Source: Salinispira sp.
GTDB taxonomy: Bacteria > Spirochaetota > Spirochaetia > DSM-27196 > Salinispiraceae
NCBI GenBank assembly: GCA_965602015.1
Contig: OZ271918.1
Coordinates: forward strand, 416,001 to 480,000
Length of the DNA: 64,000 bases
Direction: 5' to 3'
Shown here piece after piece: positions 59,356 through 64,000 of the stretch (within the stretch, counting starts at the first letter, position 1; every line of letters starts with the position of its first letter). The translations under genes and the position numbers were made by a program. The notes beneath the pieces are model-generated. The model was given only the letters and a program-made list of their open reading frames with translations, was not told where the DNA came from and did not search any database.

Positions 59356-61359
59356 ATGAGTGTGAGATCAAAAACCCTGCTGAGCATAATAGTGTTATCC
59401 TACCTCGGCGCATTCTTTCAGTGGAATTTCAATATCTTCTATATACAGCGAAACTGGTCCCTGTACTGGGAGGGATTTGGCAGTTTCATCATTATCGTCA
59501 CAGCCCTCCTGGTGACCGCCGTGGGCTATATCTTCTTTTTTATGCGGGGAATCGGTGCTGCTGAAAAAGCCCTGAAATCCGGGGAAGCCATAGATGCCGA
59601 CGCGGATCGTCGCCTGGATCGGGCAATAAAAACCGTTCCGGTGATCATTCTTGTGGTCAATCTCATTGCTTTTTTCATCGGACCGGTAACCCAATCTACC
59701 ATCCGGGCGCTGGGAAGCGGTGAGCCGGTAATCAGCGCAAACCTCCTGACGACGATAATTTATTCCTTCTCAGTTGGTTTGTATGTCCTGTTTTTGGAAA
59801 TCAGGCTCTTCGAGAGGTTCCGTATTCCCCTCCAGCGTTTACGGGGCGCCACCAGCCTGAACGAATTCAAACCAAACGGATGGCGGCGCAGGCAGTTCGC
59901 CCTTGGATTTACCGTGGTGATCTTCGCCTTCGGGCTGCTGTACGCCGCGGGAATGGGTTACCTGCGGGAAGAACTTCTGGCGCCGGGGGGCATCGATGCA
60001 TGGAGCGCCGCCAGCGAGAGCGTAGATTATCGGGTCGAGTTATGGCGTTCCGCCATAGAGGGGAACCCGCCGGTCCTGACGGTGAACAGTCCGCAGATTG
60101 TCCCCCGGCTGACCGAGTACATCTGGAAAATGCTGGTTTTAGGCCTTATCATTGCCGCCCTGTCCTATCTGGCTATTTATGTTGAATCCCGTCCGGCTTC
60201 CCAACGCCTGTTCGAAGTTCAGGCCCGGCTGTCCGAACTGGCTTCGGGGATGGCCGACAGGGATAAAAAACTGATCATATTGCGGGATGATGAACTCGGG
60301 CAGGCGGTTCACCATATTAACCGCTTTATCGACCGGCAGTCTGAGTTGTTCGCCACCATCCGCCAATCGATCGGCGATGCCCGCCAGCTCTCCGGGCGGC
60401 TGGGAGGGATGAGCTCACAGGCCGAACATCTGGGGACGGAAATCGGCAACGGTATTTCACAGGTGCAGGATCAGCTGACTTCCCAGCAAAAAGCCCTCTC
60501 GGCGGTGGACCGATTGATAGCGGAGCTCGGCGAAAATATCAGCAACTCTGCTTCCAATGTCGAAAAGCAGAATGAGGCGGTGAACCGTTCATCCTCGGCG
60601 GTTGAGCAAATGGTTGCCAACATCACTTCGGTATCAAAAAACGCCCGGGAGGCATTCGAACGGACTCAGAGACTCACCGCCCGGGCCGCCGAAGGCGAGT
60701 CTGATATGAATGCCCTTATGATAGGCATACAGGGAATAGCGGATTCCTCGGAAAAGGTGAACGAGAACATCGGGCAAATTGCGAAAATAGCGGCACAAAC
60801 CAATCTTTTGGCCATGAACGCCGCAATCGAAGCCGCCCATGCCGGGGATGTGGGCAGCGGATTCGCGGTGGTGGCAAGCGAGGTCCGTAAGCTCGCCGAA
60901 ACCGCCTCTGCCACCGCCAAGGGCATAACCGCCATGATCAAGGAAATGAACGCCGCCAGCAGTTCGGGACTGGAGGCTACGCGAAAAGCCATCGAGAGCT
61001 TCAAAGGCATTAACAACTCGGTTCAGACCAATTCCCGATTGATCTCTGAAATCTCCCAGGCCATGGTCGAGCAGGAGCAGGGCAATGCGGACATTCAGCA
61101 GGCCATGACAAGCCTGCTTGAGCTCAGCCGCGACGTCTCACTTCTCACAAAAACCCAGGCCGAGGAAAGCGCCGGGGTTAAGGGTAAAATGCAGGAGCTC
61201 GACTCGGCGGCAGCTTCAATTCAGTCGGTTATGGATCGGAATCTCGAACTCATGCAGGAAGTCGAGCAGTTCATCAGCGATCTTCAGCAGGTCATAGAAG
61301 AAAACAGCGCAATAGTAAAAGGGCTTTCCGGGGCCTCGGGCCTTGCCGCCGATGAATAG
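59356..61359 (+). CDS. Methyl-accepting chemotaxis protein with a multi-TM sensor region
   Basis: About six N-terminal TMs, HAMP-like [22 protein letters not shown]. Confidence 0.92.
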   Translation: MSVRSKTLLSIIVLSYLGAFFQWNFNIFYIQRNWSLYWEGFGSFIIIVTALLVTAVGYIFFFMRGIGAAEKALKSGEAIDADADRRLDRAIKTVPVIILVVNLIAFFIGPVTQSTIRALGSGEPVISANLLTTIIYSFSVGLYVLFLEIRLFERFRIPLQRLRGATSLNEFKPNGWRRRQFALGFTVVIFAFGLLYAAGMGYLREELLAPGGIDAWSAASESVDYRVELWRSAIEGNPPVLTVNSPQIVPRLTEYIWKMLVLGLIIAALSYLAIYVESRPASQRLFEVQARLSELASGMADRDKKLIILRDDELGQAVHHINRFIDRQSELFATIRQSIGDARQLSGRLGGMSSQAEHLGTEIGNGISQVQDQLTSQQKALSAVDRLIAELGENISNSASNVEKQNEAVNRSSSAVEQMVANITSVSKNAREAFERTQRLTARAAEGESDMNALMIGIQGIADSSEKVNENIGQIAKIAAQTNLLAMNAAIEAAHAGDVGSGFAVVASEVRKLAETASATAKGITAMIKEMNAASSSGLEATRKAIESFKGINNSVQTNSRLISEISQAMVEQEQGNADIQQAMTSLLELSRDVSLLTKTQAEESAGVKGKMQELDSAAASIQSVMDRNLELMQEVEQFISDLQQVIEENSAIVKGLSGASGLAADE

Positions 61360-63568
61360 ACAGCAGCTCCTGGATCGGCAGCTGGCCCGTCTGGTGCGGA
61401 TGCTCGGGTCCGATCCGGCCTTCTACCTTCTAAGTCTTCATTCCTTTGTGGAGATGATTCTCAATCAGACATTGGATGTGCAGGAGCTGTTTTTCGACGG
61501 AGAACAGTACAGCTTCGCTGATAAAATGTATCTGTACCGCCGTTTTCTGCTTAATGAGTGGCAGAAAAAACAGCATGCCCGGCCGGGTCCTCCGGCTGCC
61601 CGGCTCAAGGGCATCAGTCATCTCGACAGTCTGTCCAAGGCGCATCATCTGACCAACCGGACCAGGCATGATTTCGCCGAGGTGAGCATTGAGGAGGCCA
61701 TAGCGGGAACCTGGAGCTTCCTGGAGTTTTGCCGGCTCAGCGGCCTGGACTCTCCCCGTCTTCAGGAAATACGGGATAATCTCGCTATCTGGGAAGAGCG
61801 GAAGGCCCCGGTTGATCATTTTAATGAACTGCGCAAAATCCGGTTCTCCGTCCATCTGAAGGATATGGAGATTCGCGATCTCAACAGCCGGCTCGCCCGC
61901 CTATCCGCGGCGGAAAAGCAGGCAAAGGCCCTGGAACAGGCTATCGCCGACAAGGAACAGAGCATCGAAGCTTTGGAAACCGGCAGCGATGAACAGAAGC
62001 ACATAATTGAAGCATTGACGCGGGAGCGCAACGAGCTCAAGCGCAGCCTTGAGACCGAGCGGGGAACCATCAGGACTCACGCCGTTGCCGATCAGTACCG
62101 GGAAAACCTGCTGAGGCTTTCGAATTACACCCGGACAAAAAGGGATTTTGAACGGAGCATCGTTCGACTCAGCGGAGAGCAGAAGGAAGTTCTGGCAAAA
62201 ATTCAGGCGGACGGCAGCGTTCTTGTCCGGGGAGCCGCGGGAACGGGAAAAACAATCGTACTCCTTGAAAGTCTTCGCCGTACGGCGTCGCAAAACGACT
62301 TGTTTGCCGAGGGCAGCTTTGCCCTGCTCACCTATGCGAACACCCTGGTTAAATACGATCGCTATATCAGCCAAATTCTCGGGGTCAGTCCCGACAGTCT
62401 TTCCATTGAAACTGTGGACCGCTTTGTCTCCCGCCGCCTGCATTCGGCTAATCCCCGCTCCGAGATCCGATACGGGGATTTTCTCGAAAATCTGATTGAC
62501 GATCTCGGACTCTCCCCGCCTGCCGAACTGTCCTCCGCGGAGGCTGCCCGGGAAATCGATGAGTTTATCTGGGGCTACGGTATTAGCCGCGATGAATATG
62601 TGGATCAGATGATTCCCCGAAGCGGCTTGCCTCATCGTCTCGATGCCCTTCAGCGGGAGCGGCTCTGGGAAATCCAGGATTCCCTGAGGCGCGAGGCTGC
62701 GGCCCAGGAATTATTTACCCGCAATCTCGCGGTTCTGGAAATGCTTGAAAACCCGGTCTCGACTGACGGCACATCCTCCCCCTACTCACGGCTCTATGTC
62801 GATGAGGTTCAGGATTTACCGCCTGTTGTCCTCCGGTTCCTCAAGAGTGAAAGCCGGAGCATAATGATGGCCGGCGATATTGATCAGGCGATATACGGCC
62901 TTCAGTCGCCGTTCGCCCGGGCCGGCCTTGATATCCGGGGGAGAAGTCATATGCTCAACGAGAATTTTCGCAATACCATCCCGATTCTCGAGCTGGCCGA
63001 GGAATACCGAAAACGGTCGGGCCTCGAACAGCGGTATAAGGGCGACAGCCCCAACCGCAAACCCCGGGCATTCAGGGAGGGACCACCGGTGGGACTCTAC
63101 AGCGCCGAGTCCATGGACGAGCTGGAAGACCTGCTGATGGAACGCCTGGTGCTGATTCACGATGTGATGGGATACGACCCCCAAAACGTGTGCATTATCT
63201 GTCCGGACAACCGTTTGGTCGCCCGGTTTGCCGACCTTCTTCGGAACAGAGGAGACCTGCGCGGGGTGTCGATCCGGGATAAATCATTCGATTTTACCAT
63301 CGGCGGCGCCGAGGGCGGTCCGGTGCGGCTTTCGCCCATTCACTCCACCAAGGGTCTTGATTTTCCGGTGGTGCTGCTTTTTCTGCCCTACCTTTCCAGC
63401 GGTTCGGGGCTGGACCGGGAGTATCGGGATCTTCAGCGCAGCAACCTGATGTACGTGGCCCTCACCAGGGCGATGGATCATCTGGAAATCTTTATTACCG
63501 AAGGGGCTGCGAGAAATCCGGCGATTTCACCCCTGGTCGATTCATGGCACAGCCAGCGGGAGTCCTAG
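61352..63568 (+). CDS. SF1 (UvrD-like) helicase with N-terminal helical and coiled-coil regions
   Basis: Walker A GAAGTGKT, Walker [35 protein letters not shown]. Confidence 0.88.
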   Translation: MNRQQLLDRQLARLVRMLGSDPAFYLLSLHSFVEMILNQTLDVQELFFDGEQYSFADKMYLYRRFLLNEWQKKQHARPGPPAARLKGISHLDSLSKAHHLTNRTRHDFAEVSIEEAIAGTWSFLEFCRLSGLDSPRLQEIRDNLAIWEERKAPVDHFNELRKIRFSVHLKDMEIRDLNSRLARLSAAEKQAKALEQAIADKEQSIEALETGSDEQKHIIEALTRERNELKRSLETERGTIRTHAVADQYRENLLRLSNYTRTKRDFERSIVRLSGEQKEVLAKIQADGSVLVRGAAGTGKTIVLLESLRRTASQNDLFAEGSFALLTYANTLVKYDRYISQILGVSPDSLSIETVDRFVSRRLHSANPRSEIRYGDFLENLIDDLGLSPPAELSSAEAAREIDEFIWGYGISRDEYVDQMIPRSGLPHRLDALQRERLWEIQDSLRREAAAQELFTRNLAVLEMLENPVSTDGTSSPYSRLYVDEVQDLPPVVLRFLKSESRSIMMAGDIDQAIYGLQSPFARAGLDIRGRSHMLNENFRNTIPILELAEEYRKRSGLEQRYKGDSPNRKPRAFREGPPVGLYSAESMDELEDLLMERLVLIHDVMGYDPQNVCIICPDNRLVARFADLLRNRGDLRGVSIRDKSFDFTIGGAEGGPVRLSPIHSTKGLDFPVVLLFLPYLSSGSGLDREYRDLQRSNLMYVALTRAMDHLEIFITEGAARNPAISPLVDSWHSQRES

Positions 63569-64000
63569 CCGTGGACGAAAAAAATCTGCTCATCGCTGAG
63601 GTGGCGAGACAGCTGATCTTCCATAAACCGCCTGATTTCCCCGATCTCTTCAGGCCGGTAGCTGGCTAGGGTGCCCGCGCTTTCCCGGTGATAGGTTCTC
63701 ATCAGGTGGGGGGCGTCTGTGCGGATTTTCCGGATGCGCTCGAGGTAGCCCTGATTCATCCGGAAAACGCCGAAACTCACTTCAGAAACCTGCTCCGCCG
63801 GGATGCGCAAAAAAGTTTCCCGTATGGCGTTTTTATACAGCTCCCGCCAATTTTCAGAAAGGATTATAGGATCGAAAGTCAGCTTCAGGGGCCAGCCGTC
63901 GCGGGCGGCCCTGCCGGCGGCGAAGAGCCTGTTGCGGAAAGAGGCGCAGCCCCGTTCATGTCGGCGGCTGACTTCCTCCGGGCTGAGACTCCACACCAAA
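63565..64000 (-). CDS. Spore photoproduct lyase-like radical SAM protein, C-terminal part (5' end outside window)
   Basis: WSLSP..V...E.G......RL.A......GWP....FDPII and VS.GVFR motifs typical of the SPL family C-terminus. Confidence 0.7.
   Translation of the reverse strand, partial: LVWSLSPEEVSRRHERGCASFRNRLFAAGRAARDGWPLKLTFDPIILSENWRELYKNAIRETFLRIPAEQVSEVSFGVFRMNQGYLERIRKIRTDAPHLMRTYHRESAGTLASYRPEEIGEIRRFMEDQLSRHLSDEQIFFVHG

Overview
A gene-dense bacterial chromosomal window of moderately high GC. The many spirochaete-style lipoproteins, chemoreceptors and sugar ABC systems suggest a free-living Spirochaetaceae member, but this is an inference. Transport and metabolism: an ABC-2 exporter, two amino-acid ABC importers, glmS preceded by a small uncharacterised gene, a beta-1,3-glucan (laminarin) locus (GH16, ABC importer, ROK repressor, GH149 phosphorylase) and a beta-galactoside locus (GH42, ABC importer, AraC). 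Signalling: a GAF-GGDEF cyclase, a class III adenylate cyclase, a PTS-EIIA/diadenylate-cyclase fusion, a two-component pair and three MCPs. Other: a PadR pair, a MarR-lon unit, a large repeat-containing zinc-peptidase lipoprotein, DNA-repair/stress genes, a MoxR-DUF58-transglutaminase-beta-propeller operon and a HEPN-like/SF1 helicase fusion. No rRNA, tRNA, CRISPR array, integrase or transposase was recognised. The most notable unannotated signal is a pair of ~142-143 bp elements (13441-13583 and 48379-48520) with identical 19-bp terminal inverted repeats, nearly equal length and largely different interiors (REPIN/MITE-like). Also readable from the DNA are a shared operator/promoter architecture for marR and lon, four candidate ROK operators, two pseudogene remnants and several short tandem repeats. 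All product calls come from motif recognition, not database searches.
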